A stretch of DNA of 64,000 bases from a virus (taxonomy: Duplodnaviria > Caudoviricetes). This document shows positions 1 to 10,667 of the stretch, piece by piece. The stretch spans positions 27,960 to 91,959 of the IMG/VR virus record IMGVR_UViG_3300009694_000016; one strand, written 5' to 3'. The first letter of the stretch is position 1, and each line of letters begins with the position of its first letter. A program made the position numbers and the translations under genes. The notes below the pieces were generated by a model. That model was not told the DNA's origin. It did no database searches and was given only the letters and a program-made list of their open reading frames with translations.

Positions 1-314
1 GATTTTTTAATAGCTGCTAAATTCTGATAAAATAATGAGTTTTTACCATATCTAACTACGTGATGATCGTGTATTGAAAACACATAAGGCATTTGATGAT
101 CATTCCAAGACTCTACAGCTTGATTTGCCGCGTGAAAATGAACTATATCATATTTCATAATTCCATTTTCTATAGTTTCCCAAGGAAAAACCACATCAAC
201 AGTATGACCTAATTTTTCCAATTGAAGTTTATAATTCCATATAACTTTTTCAATGGCTCCCCAAGACTTTGGTGGAATTTCAATTGCTCCAAGATTTATT
301 TGTGCTATTCTCAT
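1..314 (-). CDS. Glycosyltransferase family 4-like protein, partial (runs off window edge)
   Basis: Manual translation from ATG at 314: MRIAQINLGAIEIPPKSWGAIEKVIW...YDIVHFH...HDHH, a typical GT4 N-terminal pattern. Confidence 0.75.
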   Translation of the reverse strand, partial: MRIAQINLGAIEIPPKSWGAIEKVIWNYKLQLEKLGHTVDVVFPWETIENGIMKYDIVHFHAANQAVESWNDHQMPYVFSIHDHHVVRYGKNSLFYQNLAAIKK

Positions 315-331
315 TTTTAATTTATTTATTT

Positions 332-961
332 TTAAAATTTATTCAATCCTAATATGTCATCAGCCACATCATTCATAGATAAATTGTGCCAATCTCTAGG
401 ATTTCTGTAAGAGCAGTACTCACGATTTTTAGTAAAAACTTTACTGTATAGAGTTTCTGTCAATCTTTTATTCCATTCGATCTCAGTATCATATTTTCCT
501 ATGTTGTATATTGCATAATAATTATCATTATTTACATTATCTACAAATTTTACAGATGGATCTATATCAGCGATATAATCTTTATGGTTTGTCTTGATAA
601 ATAAATTACATCCATGTTGTTTTTTATATTCTAATGCACTTTCATACCAAACGATAGCCTCATTTAAACGACCTGTATCTAAATTTATTAAAACATCCTT
701 TCCATCATCATCATAATCACTTTCAAAAACTTTTATCATTCCATTTATTTCATCCCACTGCCATACTTCTATACAATAATCTCCATACCATTCTCTTAGA
801 CATGTAACCCAGTTGTTTGTGTTTATAGAAAGGTCTGTTATGAATTGTTTCTCACCGTTTCTATATTCATAAATTTCTATTAAATAGAACATAGCAACAG
901 ACCCTGTTATTTCTATTTTTGGTTGCGGATTAAATGTTATTTTAAAAGAATTTGTCAGCAT
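332..961 (-). CDS. Hypothetical protein in glycosylation cluster
   Basis: 209 aa ORF, co-oriented and closely spaced with its neighbours. Confidence 0.6.
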   Translation of the reverse strand: MLTNSFKITFNPQPKIEITGSVAMFYLIEIYEYRNGEKQFITDLSINTNNWVTCLREWYGDYCIEVWQWDEINGMIKVFESDYDDDGKDVLINLDTGRLNEAIVWYESALEYKKQHGCNLFIKTNHKDYIADIDPSVKFVDNVNNDNYYAIYNIGKYDTEIEWNKRLTETLYSKVFTKNREYCSYRNPRDWHNLSMNDVADDILGLNKF

Positions 962-966
962 TTTTC

Positions 967-2559
967 TTATTCTTTATTTTTATATACATAGTTTTCCATT
1001 ACTAGCATATCAACAGTTCTATTTTTGAGATGTTCGAAAGCATGATCTGGTTTGTCAATAATAGGCTCACCATGACCGTTGAATGACGTATTAAGTAAAA
1101 CTGGAATATGTGATAACTTGTAGTACTCATTTAAAATTTCATAAAAATGTGGGCCTCTTTCTTTAAAGACTATTTGCGGCCGTGATGAAAAATCTACGTG
1201 ATGAATAACAGCGGGTATTCTATCAACCCACTCGGGGCGAGTCGTATAACATAAAGTCATAAACTCTGCTGTATATTGAGATTTATTAGCATAGAATATT
1301 TCATTTGCATGTTCACTCATTACTATTGGAGCGAAAGGCATAACCTCATCTCTTTTCAATCTGTTGTTTAACATTTCGTGTGTGCCCTTATCAGTCGGTC
1401 TAACCAAAATAGATCTAGCACCGAGAGCTCTTGGTCCGTGTTCAAATCTTCCTTTGAAGAATCCAACTATTTTACCATCGTTTAATTCTTTCGCAATTTC
1501 ACTTGAAATATAACGCTCGCGAGTAAAATTATATTTTTTTGATGCTATTTCTATTTCATCGTCAGAATATTCTCTTCCAAGAAAAACATCATTAAAACGT
1601 TTTACTTCTCTTTCGCCAAGTTCAACAGCCTTCAAAAGAGCACATCCTATTGCAAGACCGTTATCACCCATAGGTGGGACTACATAAATTTCATCAACCC
1701 ACGCGAGTTCGTTTATTTTCTGGTTTAATTTAACATTGGCGAATAATCCACCAGCTAAACATATTTTACGATAATCTGGATATTGAGAGTGAAGAAAATT
1801 GAAAAATTTTATCAATTCATTCTCAACTAATAATTGGACGTTATATGCAACATCGGCCATTCCTTCCTTTGTATATAATCCAGCATTTTTTAATCTTTCA
1901 GTTAAAAACTTTGTCTTACCTTCGGGATTCGGAGGAAGAAACCCATATTCTCCATCGTGATGAAATATTTTATGAAAATATTTATATAATTTTTCGTCAT
2001 ATTTTCCATTACCAGCTAATCCTACAGTTTTTCCTTCATCTTTATTTATTTTCCAACCCAAAGATACAGTAACATATCCATACATAGTAGCAGCTGAAGA
2101 ATAAAGATATACTGGCAGATTTTTTACCAATTTCATTTTTCCATTTTCTGCTAAAAATATTTTACCGTAAGAATAATCACCTTCACCGTCAATACTTACT
2201 ATTAAAACTTTATCATCTTTTTTATATGCAGATGTATAATACGCCGATGCTGCGTGAGAGTAGTGATGATCATATTTTTTAATATTCAGATCTTTTAGCG
2301 GACTAAACGTACCTATTCCTGGAGTTTCAAAGATATAATCTGGAATAGCACTTACAATATAATCAGCGCTTTTCAAATCCACTCCAGTTTTATCCAATAT
2401 AACTTTGTAAGATAATTCGGGATATCCCCAGAGGCGATCATCACCCGATTTTATCCTATTCATTCTTTCTTCTTCAATGGCATATTTTATTTCACCATCT
2501 TCTACATAAGCAATAACTTTATCGTGATCTCCAGCATTAAACCCAAATATTTTACTCAT
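967..2559 (-). CDS. Carbamoyltransferase (NodU/CmcH/TobZ family)
   Basis: EEER..RIK, HHYSHAASAYY, DGEGD, EGKTVGLA, GGLFANVKLN, GDNGLAIG, EHGPRALGARS, PFAP, LNTSFNGHGEPI motifs. Confidence 0.92.
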   Translation of the reverse strand: MSKIFGFNAGDHDKVIAYVEDGEIKYAIEEERMNRIKSGDDRLWGYPELSYKVILDKTGVDLKSADYIVSAIPDYIFETPGIGTFSPLKDLNIKKYDHHYSHAASAYYTSAYKKDDKVLIVSIDGEGDYSYGKIFLAENGKMKLVKNLPVYLYSSAATMYGYVTVSLGWKINKDEGKTVGLAGNGKYDEKLYKYFHKIFHHDGEYGFLPPNPEGKTKFLTERLKNAGLYTKEGMADVAYNVQLLVENELIKFFNFLHSQYPDYRKICLAGGLFANVKLNQKINELAWVDEIYVVPPMGDNGLAIGCALLKAVELGEREVKRFNDVFLGREYSDDEIEIASKKYNFTRERYISSEIAKELNDGKIVGFFKGRFEHGPRALGARSILVRPTDKGTHEMLNNRLKRDEVMPFAPIVMSEHANEIFYANKSQYTAEFMTLCYTTRPEWVDRIPAVIHHVDFSSRPQIVFKERGPHFYEILNEYYKLSHIPVLLNTSFNGHGEPIIDKPDHAFEHLKNRTVDMLVMENYVYKNKE

Positions 2560-2576
2560 TCATTTTTTCTTTTATT

Positions 2577-5500
2577 TTATCTGTAGAAAATTACAGTTCC
2601 CATTCCAAGACCTTCGTTTATATTTATATCTTTATTATTCAAAAATTTTGATCTCATTTTATAAACGTCGTGTTTAAATCCATTCTTCGTCATTTTATCT
2701 ATAACTTTATCCAATCTATTATCAGTATTCATATGAAATTCTAATAGAATTCTATCTATTTTTGATAAAGTAAATTCACTTATCTTATCAAATAATTCGT
2801 ATTCTCCGCCTTCTATATCTATTTTCATGGCGTTTATCTTACTTATATTATACATTCTGATAATATCATCAATAGTTATAGTTTTTACTTTTTTAGTAAT
2901 AATATTTCCAGCATCGTGTTCATTTTTAATCCAATCTTCTATTAATGTTCCGGCGTATGTTGTATTTTCAGTAGCCCAAAAATGGAATGTCAATTCTTTG
3001 TTACTTTCAGAATAAATAGCTTTATTTATAAAAGATACATTGGTATTATTTTTAAAAGTATTTAAAGTGGATTTATAACATTTATCATCTACCTCTACTC
3101 CAATTACATTTCTACAACCTTTCTTTAATGCGTAAGCTACAAAAGTTCCAACGCCAGAACCTAAGTCGACAACACAAGTATCTTTATCATTTAGATTTAA
3201 ATCTCGCCATACTTCATCATAGAAAGCTTCAAAATAATTACGAAATTCCAAACACGGAGTCTCGAATTCAAATTTGGTTGGACATATAGGCGGATTCTCT
3301 CTTAATTTTATATCTTTTTCAAACAATGTCCTTTTTGTTTCTACATCTTTAAACAATATTTTATAACCATTGAATTGATCATACATCTTATACAAAGGCT
3401 CGCCTGCAAATATCCAATAATTTCTATTATATTCGGAAAATTCTATATTAGAACTAAATATTGGAAAATAAGAATCTATATCAACTACCCAAATGTCATA
3501 AGATACAGCATCTTTTCCTTTATAAGTAAAATAAATTTTATTTTCTTCTATATTAAATGTGATATCTACACTATCATTTTGTGATGTTATTGGAAGAATT
3601 ATATCGCTATCTTTTACTTTAATTTCTTCAATTTCTATTTCTTTAATTTCATTTCTTTCTGTAAACAATCCATTTTCTAAAATATCTTGATAATTACCAA
3701 TATTAATATTAAATGTTTGTTTATCAACTTCTTGTTGTGAAGCGGAATCTATAAAAGATGCTGTTATATTATAATTATCACCATCTTTTAAAGATATTTT
3801 CTTTGAATAAAAAGTTCTATTTTTTATAAAATGAGTTGATTTCTCGATGTTTCCATTATTATCATATGTAAATTCTATTCTTCTATCATCTTTATTATTT
3901 GAAGAATTAAACCATACCATAAAACTAGCGGGTTGATCTTTAATTGGCAGTATCGCTAGATATTCAACTCCAGAGAAAATATTTATGTTTGGATTTTTAA
4001 ATAATTTTTCTTCATCTGTATCTTCAATTATGAGATCGTTAGTATAAGGTGAAAGTTTATTATAAAAATAATTCTCCAAGAAATTATGAGCTCCAACACG
4101 TTGACATTCTGCATTATATTCCTCGGGAGTACGAGTTTTCTTATCGAAAACTTTCGTATAGAAATCAACATTAACCATAAAGAATACAGATTTATATAAA
4201 GTCATATCGCCTTCTTTATACCTCATGAAATATCCTTTTTTATTTTCTTCTTTCATCTTATTTAGGATATTGTTAATCAATTCTATATTACTATTATTTA
4301 ATATAAAATCATAACTAACACTTACAATATTGTCATAACCAGCGGTTTTTGCAAACTTTATGGCATTTTCTATGTTAGTTAATACGGTTAATGATTGATT
4401 TAAATTGGATTTCTTTTGAAGTTTGTCTAGTCTTATCTCAACTTTACCGTTTTGCATCTCTGACCAATAAAAATTATATAAAGTATGAGATATCAAAGGA
4501 TTATAAGAATCATATAAATAATAATCTGCTTTTTCTTGCAAATTCTTAGAGACAGGATAATGTGAAGCCAATAAAATTCTTAAATTTGATTCTCTTAAAT
4601 TATTTAAACATTTATCAGTTGTAAATTCTTTTATTTTTGTATCTGGATATGTAAGAACAACAAATAAGTTTTTGGTATCCTTAGTAGAATCAATTTTTTT
4701 GAATTCTAAAGGTTTTGGTTCCTCTATTTTTTCATTTTTATTTCTTAATCTAAGTTGATGTGTAAATAAAATTTTATCATCTCTTAAATAATCCACTTCA
4801 AATCCACAGAAAGTAGGATCGCTCAAATAAAGATTTTGTCCGGGTTGTATCCAATTGATGTATTCATTATTGTTAAAACGCAAACCATCAACTGTAAAAA
4901 CATTGTCTTTTGTTTCAATATTTTTAACTCTTATGTCTAAGAAAACATCTTTAAGATTTCCTTTATATGGAAGATATAGTTTATTTTCTCCAATCTTAAA
5001 ATCTAATTCAAAATCATCTTTCGATGGAATTTCATCAACTTTAATATTTTTCATTCTATCTGTTTCTTTTTCCACTATTTCATGTAGTTCTTTTCTAACA
5101 TTTTCAGAATCAGGAGTCAAATTTATAGTTAATTTCTTGTTGAATAAATATTCTTGATTATGATAGAAATCAAAAGAAAATTCGTTGTATTTTTGATGTC
5201 CATATATTTGAATCCATGTAGGACTCATCGGAGAAAGTTTGGTTTTGACTGTATATATGTTTTTATTATTATCAGCATTTACGACTATAGATATATCATC
5301 AATATCATTTTGATAAAAATCACTCAAACAAAAATGAAATTTCTGATCTTCTTTATTAAATTCTACAATAATATCGTTTGGATTTTTATCTTTTAATAGA
5401 TTAGATAAATTTTTCAATAAAAAATGTTCTATACTTTCACCTTGAATAGCGGAATATCCTTCTTTTTGTGTAGTTAAACGCGGGGCGATTCCTTTTGCTT

Positions 5501-7073
5501 TATATCTGAATATATTATTGAAATATAGATCTCCAACGTCCCACAATTCTGTTTCAAAAGATCTTAACATAAAATCTCTACCGAATTTTGGAAACATAAC
5601 ACATTGAGTAGCAATGATCTTATTTGTAATATACATCCATTCGTTTATTTGTCCGTGATTATCTGATACCATTTCACCAGTTCTTAGATTTCTATTATCT
5701 CCAAAAGAAAAATAATAAATTCTACGAGCATTCATTTCATCACAAACTTGCATTATTTTATCAACAAACTCATCCATAGGTATAGTGAGTTTGCAATCAG
5801 CTTCCATCACCATAAGAAAATCTACATCGTCTGTAAATTCATTAAAAATAGCTTTTCTGAAAGATGTATAGTGACCGTAATGTGGGCCGCGTAAAGCGTA
5901 TGCTCCAATTCTTCCAACATCTTGTGGTCTAGAACACATCTCACGTGGCGGAGTTCCAGTGAATCTTTTATTGATATGTTGAACATAATCAATTCCATAT
6001 TCTTTGAGTTTCTCCATTCCTTTTATCGGATCGGCTTTTCTATCGTCTTCTTCCAATAAAAGATGAACAATTCTTATCTTATATTTTTTATCAGTTTTTA
6101 TATCACTTGGAAATAAGAAATTTCTAACTAATCCAGCATCTATTTCAACATCACCGTGTAAATAATGAACAGTATCTTCTGTATCATATTTTCTATTGTA
6201 AACGTCTAATGGAAAAATAAACTGTGGAAGTTGATGCTCGAGAGCTTCTTTTATAACCAATGGATTCAATTCTTTATTCCAACGAAATCCTCTTGATGTA
6301 AATAAAAATAGATCGCACGCATCTAGAAAATCATCAACATCGTCTCTTTCATTCCATAATATACAATTCTTTGGTTTTATCTTTAAAAGTGGACGCCAAT
6401 AATCTTGAAAATTATCAGCCTGATTTCCAATAAAATGAAATTTAACAGGACAATCTTTTAAAAGTCTAGCTATCTCAAAAGCGTGAGCCTGATTTTTTCT
6501 TGGAGTAAATAAGCCAACATTAACAACGTGTTTGAAGTTAGGATCAAGACCTATTTTCTTCATAGCTTCTTCTTTTCTTTTGGGGTCTCTTTTCTTTTTC
6601 TCGACAGGATATTCTATAACTTCAGTTGGTATTCCAAACTTATTAAATTTAAAGCAATTGTATTGTGATACAAACAAGAATTTATCTGGAAAGAAAATTT
6701 TATCATCCACATTATAATCAGAAGAATGTGTGGTTTCAAATATTTTATATTTTCTATCTTTCTTATAGATCTGTTTGGCTAGATTGAAATCTATATTAAA
6801 AAGTTCTGGAATTTCTTCAAAATGAACAAAATCTGGTTGTACTTTATTTATAATGTCAAGTATTTCGCTTTTGTTATCACCCAATGTAAAAAAATGATCT
6901 GGTTTTAAAAGTTTTTTTAATCTATTTTTCTGGATAACAAAATCATTTGAATAATTGTTAAATTCTACAACATAAATATCTAGGTCGTCTTTAACTAATT
7001 CCACTCTTTTTACAAGTACTTGGGGTTGTCCTCCCGTGCTGAGATGTGGCGTAATAGACAGAAGTTTTTTCAT
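2577..7073 (-). CDS. Multidomain glycosyltransferase with C-terminal FkbM-family methyltransferase
   Basis: N-terminal GT-B/GT4 (PHLSTGG, VGLFTPRKNQ, ELNPLVIKEAL), central GT-A-like segments, C-terminal VVDLGSGVG...KIDIEGGE. Confidence 0.8.
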   Translation of the reverse strand: MKKLLSITPHLSTGGQPQVLVKRVELVKDDLDIYVVEFNNYSNDFVIQKNRLKKLLKPDHFFTLGDNKSEILDIINKVQPDFVHFEEIPELFNIDFNLAKQIYKKDRKYKIFETTHSSDYNVDDKIFFPDKFLFVSQYNCFKFNKFGIPTEVIEYPVEKKKRDPKRKEEAMKKIGLDPNFKHVVNVGLFTPRKNQAHAFEIARLLKDCPVKFHFIGNQADNFQDYWRPLLKIKPKNCILWNERDDVDDFLDACDLFLFTSRGFRWNKELNPLVIKEALEHQLPQFIFPLDVYNRKYDTEDTVHYLHGDVEIDAGLVRNFLFPSDIKTDKKYKIRIVHLLLEEDDRKADPIKGMEKLKEYGIDYVQHINKRFTGTPPREMCSRPQDVGRIGAYALRGPHYGHYTSFRKAIFNEFTDDVDFLMVMEADCKLTIPMDEFVDKIMQVCDEMNARRIYYFSFGDNRNLRTGEMVSDNHGQINEWMYITNKIIATQCVMFPKFGRDFMLRSFETELWDVGDLYFNNIFRYKAKGIAPRLTTQKEGYSAIQGESIEHFLLKNLSNLLKDKNPNDIIVEFNKEDQKFHFCLSDFYQNDIDDISIVVNADNNKNIYTVKTKLSPMSPTWIQIYGHQKYNEFSFDFYHNQEYLFNKKLTINLTPDSENVRKELHEIVEKETDRMKNIKVDEIPSKDDFELDFKIGENKLYLPYKGNLKDVFLDIRVKNIETKDNVFTVDGLRFNNNEYINWIQPGQNLYLSDPTFCGFEVDYLRDDKILFTHQLRLRNKNEKIEEPKPLEFKKIDSTKDTKNLFVVLTYPDTKIKEFTTDKCLNNLRESNLRILLASHYPVSKNLQEKADYYLYDSYNPLISHTLYNFYWSEMQNGKVEIRLDKLQKKSNLNQSLTVLTNIENAIKFAKTAGYDNIVSVSYDFILNNSNIELINNILNKMKEENKKGYFMRYKEGDMTLYKSVFFMVNVDFYTKVFDKKTRTPEEYNAECQRVGAHNFLENYFYNKLSPYTNDLIIEDTDEEKLFKNPNINIFSGVEYLAILPIKDQPASFMVWFNSSNNKDDRRIEFTYDNNGNIEKSTHFIKNRTFYSKKISLKDGDNYNITASFIDSASQQEVDKQTFNINIGNYQDILENGLFTERNEIKEIEIEEIKVKDSDIILPITSQNDSVDITFNIEENKIYFTYKGKDAVSYDIWVVDIDSYFPIFSSNIEFSEYNRNYWIFAGEPLYKMYDQFNGYKILFKDVETKRTLFEKDIKLRENPPICPTKFEFETPCLEFRNYFEAFYDEVWRDLNLNDKDTCVVDLGSGVGTFVAYALKKGCRNVIGVEVDDKCYKSTLNTFKNNTNVSFINKAIYSESNKELTFHFWATENTTYAGTLIEDWIKNEHDAGNIITKKVKTITIDDIIRMYNISKINAMKIDIEGGEYELFDKISEFTLSKIDRILLEFHMNTDNRLDKVIDKMTKNGFKHDVYKMRSKFLNNKDININEGLGMGTVIFYR

Positions 7074-7176
7074 ATAATGATGGCTTAATTTTTAAATATA
7101 TAGTAATTGTTGTGAATTATGTTTAATTTTTTCCATATCAATTTTTAATATATAGGTTTATAAAATAAAACACACG

Positions 7177-8349
7177 ATGAGTTTTAGAAAATTTCAAACA
7201 ATCGATCCATATACAATAAGTAGTCCAGAACCAGGATATGTTTATTTTGGTTTTGACACATCCGGTTTGATGTGGCAAAAAGATGATCAAGGTCAGGTGG
7301 GGCATATTGTAAGTGGTTCTACTTTAAGTGGCACTGCTGGAACTAGTGGATCTTCTGGTAAAGATGGATTGGATGGTTCGTTCTTTGGATCTTCGGGAAC
7401 AGCTGGAACTAGCGGAAGTGGAAGTAGTGGTATTAGTGGAAGTTCTGGTGTAGATGGAACTAGTGGCACATCAGGAATAAATGGTAGTAGTGGTACGAGC
7501 GGATCGAGTGGCACAAGTGGTAGAAGTGGCACTAGTGGCACTAGTGGTATCACTGGCACTTCGGGTAGTAGCGGTTTAACTGGCACGAGTGGTTCGTCTG
7601 GAGTAGACGGCACTTTTTACGGTACTTCTGGTAGCAGTGGATTTAGTGGCGGATATGGTGGATCAACAAGAAGATGGTTGGCTTCAACATCAGCGACACC
7701 CGGCACATCAGGATTTTATGCAACTGGATCTGGTGGTTATGAATTTAGTTTATTAAATAAGGTTACTATAAATAAAAAAGACGCTGATGGTGGAATATTA
7801 GGATCTACAAGTCCTCCTGGTTGGCTAGATAGTTGGCAACAAGGACTTTTAAAAATTGAAAATAGATATGATGCTTCTTTATTTGGAATATATTCTGTAT
7901 TATCTGGAGCTACTGTTTCAGTAAATTTATATACTTTCAGTGGAATAACTTGTTTAGCAGCTAGTACTGGAAGTATTTCCAATAATGAAGAATATTTAAT
8001 ATCTTTTATACCTAACGGAGTTGGAGGATTGGTCGTCATCGAACCCAGTGGGTTTTATGACTTATCTGGAATAACAATATCATCGTCTGGTTATACAACT
8101 ACATCGGGAGATACGTATGTCAGGGTTATATATAGTGGAACAACAATCACGTTACACGAGGCTGTTGGTGATTTTAGAGAAATGAAAATTAAAAACGCAT
8201 CTGATGGAGATATTTCAGTTCAAAGATTATCAACTAGTACAATAGATGGAGTAACAGGCACAACACTATCCACGATGAAATGTTTAACCGTCAAAGATGC
8301 TTCCACGAATATATGGGATGCTATATCTTTATTTGACGGCGTGTTGTAA
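7177..8349 (+). CDS. Collagen-like Gly-Ser/Thr repeat protein, probable virion fibre or decoration
   Basis: G-T-S-G-S-S triplets over about aa 52-160; C-terminal fibre-like domain; TAATATATA motif upstream. Confidence 0.7.
   Translation: MSFRKFQTIDPYTISSPEPGYVYFGFDTSGLMWQKDDQGQVGHIVSGSTLSGTAGTSGSSGKDGLDGSFFGSSGTAGTSGSGSSGISGSSGVDGTSGTSGINGSSGTSGSSGTSGRSGTSGTSGITGTSGSSGLTGTSGSSGVDGTFYGTSGSSGFSGGYGGSTRRWLASTSATPGTSGFYATGSGGYEFSLLNKVTINKKDADGGILGSTSPPGWLDSWQQGLLKIENRYDASLFGIYSVLSGATVSVNLYTFSGITCLAASTGSISNNEEYLISFIPNGVGGLVVIEPSGFYDLSGITISSSGYTTTSGDTYVRVIYSGTTITLHEAVGDFREMKIKNASDGDISVQRLSTSTIDGVTGTTLSTMKCLTVKDASTNIWDAISLFDGVL
7330..7660 (+). repeat. Coding Gly-X-Y (GTSGSS) repeat
   Basis: Repeated ggaactagtgg/ggcac.agtgg units with Gly at nearly every third residue. 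Confidence 0.8.
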
Positions 8350-8351
8350 TT

Positions 8352-10571
8352 TTAATCCATTAGATTATTATTTCCAGCCGAATTTGCCTGTGTGTTAATA
8401 TTAGATATAATATTAGATTTTATTACAGTTCCAAATTGATCGAAATTGATGTTATTGTTTGTTTTGGTCCAACCAAAGTCTAATCCAAGCGCTTTTACAT
8501 TAACAACATTTGTCACCGCTTGAACCTTAACGATTTTTTCTATTCCCAATCTTTCTAAGATGATAACTGTATTGCCTATACTCTGCGGTGTTTGATAGGC
8601 GTAGAATATATTAACACCAATATTATTTAAATTAGACACGACTTCATCTATTTGAGCGTTTGTAATCCCAGCTTTAACCCACACTATTACATTTTTATAT
8701 TGATCGAGTGTTCCGCGGGAGTCGGAATCAAGAAGAGGTAATCCGTCAGCGTCAAATTGTGGGGGTATAATATCGTTTACACCAGCGCTCGTCGATGAAG
8801 CTACTTGAGCTGATGCTTTGGCGTCAGATGTTGTAACTCCTCCTGTTGCATTTGGAATATCCTTCAAAGCTAGATCCACTGTTGTCAAACCGGTTGCGGA
8901 TGAAGTTGTGGATGTTTTAACATCCAAGAATTTTAGATTCTCAAATATTTTAAATTTGCCAGAATATAATAGAGTTTTTGTTTTATTAGAATTTAGAATT
9001 ATGTAGAAATTATCAGATTTTTCTTTATTCATTTGCTTTAGAACAGGTATATCTTCCTGATTAACTTTAAAAACTACTACACCAACATCAAATCTATTTT
9101 CATCTGTTTGATAATAAATGTCTTTTTCAACTGTTTTTGAGTCTGATTTAAAAACTAAATTCAATTTAGAATTGAGCATAAGTTCGCTCAAATTATATGG
9201 TGTTATCGGACCATCTGGAGTTTTTTGTATAGCTATTTGAAATTTCATAATATTATCAAAAGGAGTTAGAATTATATTCAACAATCCCATCCCTTTGTAT
9301 TCATTATCTGTTCCTGGATTGTAGTTATTAGCCAATATTTTATAATTGTTTATTAATATAGGAAAAGGAACTTTAACAATATTGACATCAACAACATTAG
9401 ATGTAGTTTTAAATTCATATACTTTATCATATTTATAATTATAAATTTTAGGTTTAGATAGATTAGAAACTTCCAATTTTGATAAAGTCTTTCCATATTT
9501 TAAAAGATTACTAGTCAAACCTATTGATGCAAATTTACTAAACGAACTATTATCAACCAAGTCTATTATTTTCATTTCAACATCAATTGCTGCTGTAGTA
9601 TTTGAATATTTTATAATTGGGCGATATTCTATTTTCTGAGCAAAATTTTCTGTTACTAAGAAAGTGATAGGAAAACCACTTATTAGATTTTCTTCATATA
9701 AAGTTACAACATATTCTATATTTATACTTCTTCCTTGAGATTCCAACTTATCAACAAAATCATCCATATTCTCATTAGAATTGTCATACACTCCATATAT
9801 TTCAAAAAAGTCTCCTTGAGTTGATTCTTCTATAACAACTCCAAGAGTTTGATATTCGGGTTGTAATGTTATAGTAGTTTTATATGTATCACCAAGATAA
9901 TAATAAGGAATTGTAAAAACGGTTTGTTTTGATGATATAAAAGAAAATTCCATATAAATAGGACTATTCAAATTTAAACCAGTTCCGTTTGTTAAATGAT
10001 CATTAACACTATCTGGAGTAACAACATTGGTGGAAGGATTTACCAATCTTTGATTTGATGTGTCGTAGGCACTAGGAACGTAATAAGTTAAATATTTGCT
10101 CCATTCTTTACCGTTATAAATGAAGGGGGTTGAAAGATCCATCAATGCGTCGGCAAACACCCCGTCTTGAACTTCTGATTTATCAAAATAGAAATTTGAA
10201 AGAGGATATTGGTTCTTACCAATATAATCGTAAGCTTGAATTTTTAAATAGAAACCGTAATAGACACCAAAATTATAATTACTCGGAAAATATAAAGTGA
10301 TTTTATCATAAACCATTGGGGCAGTATTGTACTGCTGGACTTTTAAAAAATTAAATTTTGTTGGATCTATTTTTGAATATTTTTTAGATACTGTATCTAT
10401 AACAAATAAGTTGTGATCTATATCATTTAAATTTGTTGTAGATAGAAAATTTCTAGTGTTTTTTGATAAATCAGACCAAATAGTATAATCTTCTGTAATG
10501 TTTGTGCTATTATATTCATATTCTAATAATACATTTGTATCTAGATTCAAATATTTTTTTGATGCCGTCAT
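8352..10571 (-). CDS. Hypothetical, probable virion structural protein
   Basis: 739 aa beta-rich ORF with TATATA motif upstream; no catalytic motif recognised. Confidence 0.55.
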   Translation of the reverse strand: MTASKKYLNLDTNVLLEYEYNSTNITEDYTIWSDLSKNTRNFLSTTNLNDIDHNLFVIDTVSKKYSKIDPTKFNFLKVQQYNTAPMVYDKITLYFPSNYNFGVYYGFYLKIQAYDYIGKNQYPLSNFYFDKSEVQDGVFADALMDLSTPFIYNGKEWSKYLTYYVPSAYDTSNQRLVNPSTNVVTPDSVNDHLTNGTGLNLNSPIYMEFSFISSKQTVFTIPYYYLGDTYKTTITLQPEYQTLGVVIEESTQGDFFEIYGVYDNSNENMDDFVDKLESQGRSINIEYVVTLYEENLISGFPITFLVTENFAQKIEYRPIIKYSNTTAAIDVEMKIIDLVDNSSFSKFASIGLTSNLLKYGKTLSKLEVSNLSKPKIYNYKYDKVYEFKTTSNVVDVNIVKVPFPILINNYKILANNYNPGTDNEYKGMGLLNIILTPFDNIMKFQIAIQKTPDGPITPYNLSELMLNSKLNLVFKSDSKTVEKDIYYQTDENRFDVGVVVFKVNQEDIPVLKQMNKEKSDNFYIILNSNKTKTLLYSGKFKIFENLKFLDVKTSTTSSATGLTTVDLALKDIPNATGGVTTSDAKASAQVASSTSAGVNDIIPPQFDADGLPLLDSDSRGTLDQYKNVIVWVKAGITNAQIDEVVSNLNNIGVNIFYAYQTPQSIGNTVIILERLGIEKIVKVQAVTNVVNVKALGLDFGWTKTNNNINFDQFGTVIKSNIISNINTQANSAGNNNLMD

Positions 10572-10625
10572 TTTATGATGTGATTCTTTTTCTCATATAT
10601 ATAAAAAACGACAACACACAAAATA

Positions 10626-10655
10626 AAAAACCCCTCATTTTTTATGAGGGGTTAA
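10626..10655 (-). terminator. Intrinsic terminator
   Basis: aacccctcat-ttttt-atgaggggtt hairpin with a U-tract on the minus strand, after the lipoprotein gene. Confidence 0.75.
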
Positions 10656-10667
10656 AATCAATGGTTT

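Noticed and set aside
7293-8039. Antisense ORFs over repeat genes (also 10658..11588, 33972..34816, 59244..59540)
   Set aside because: Shadow frames produced by low-complexity coding repeats.
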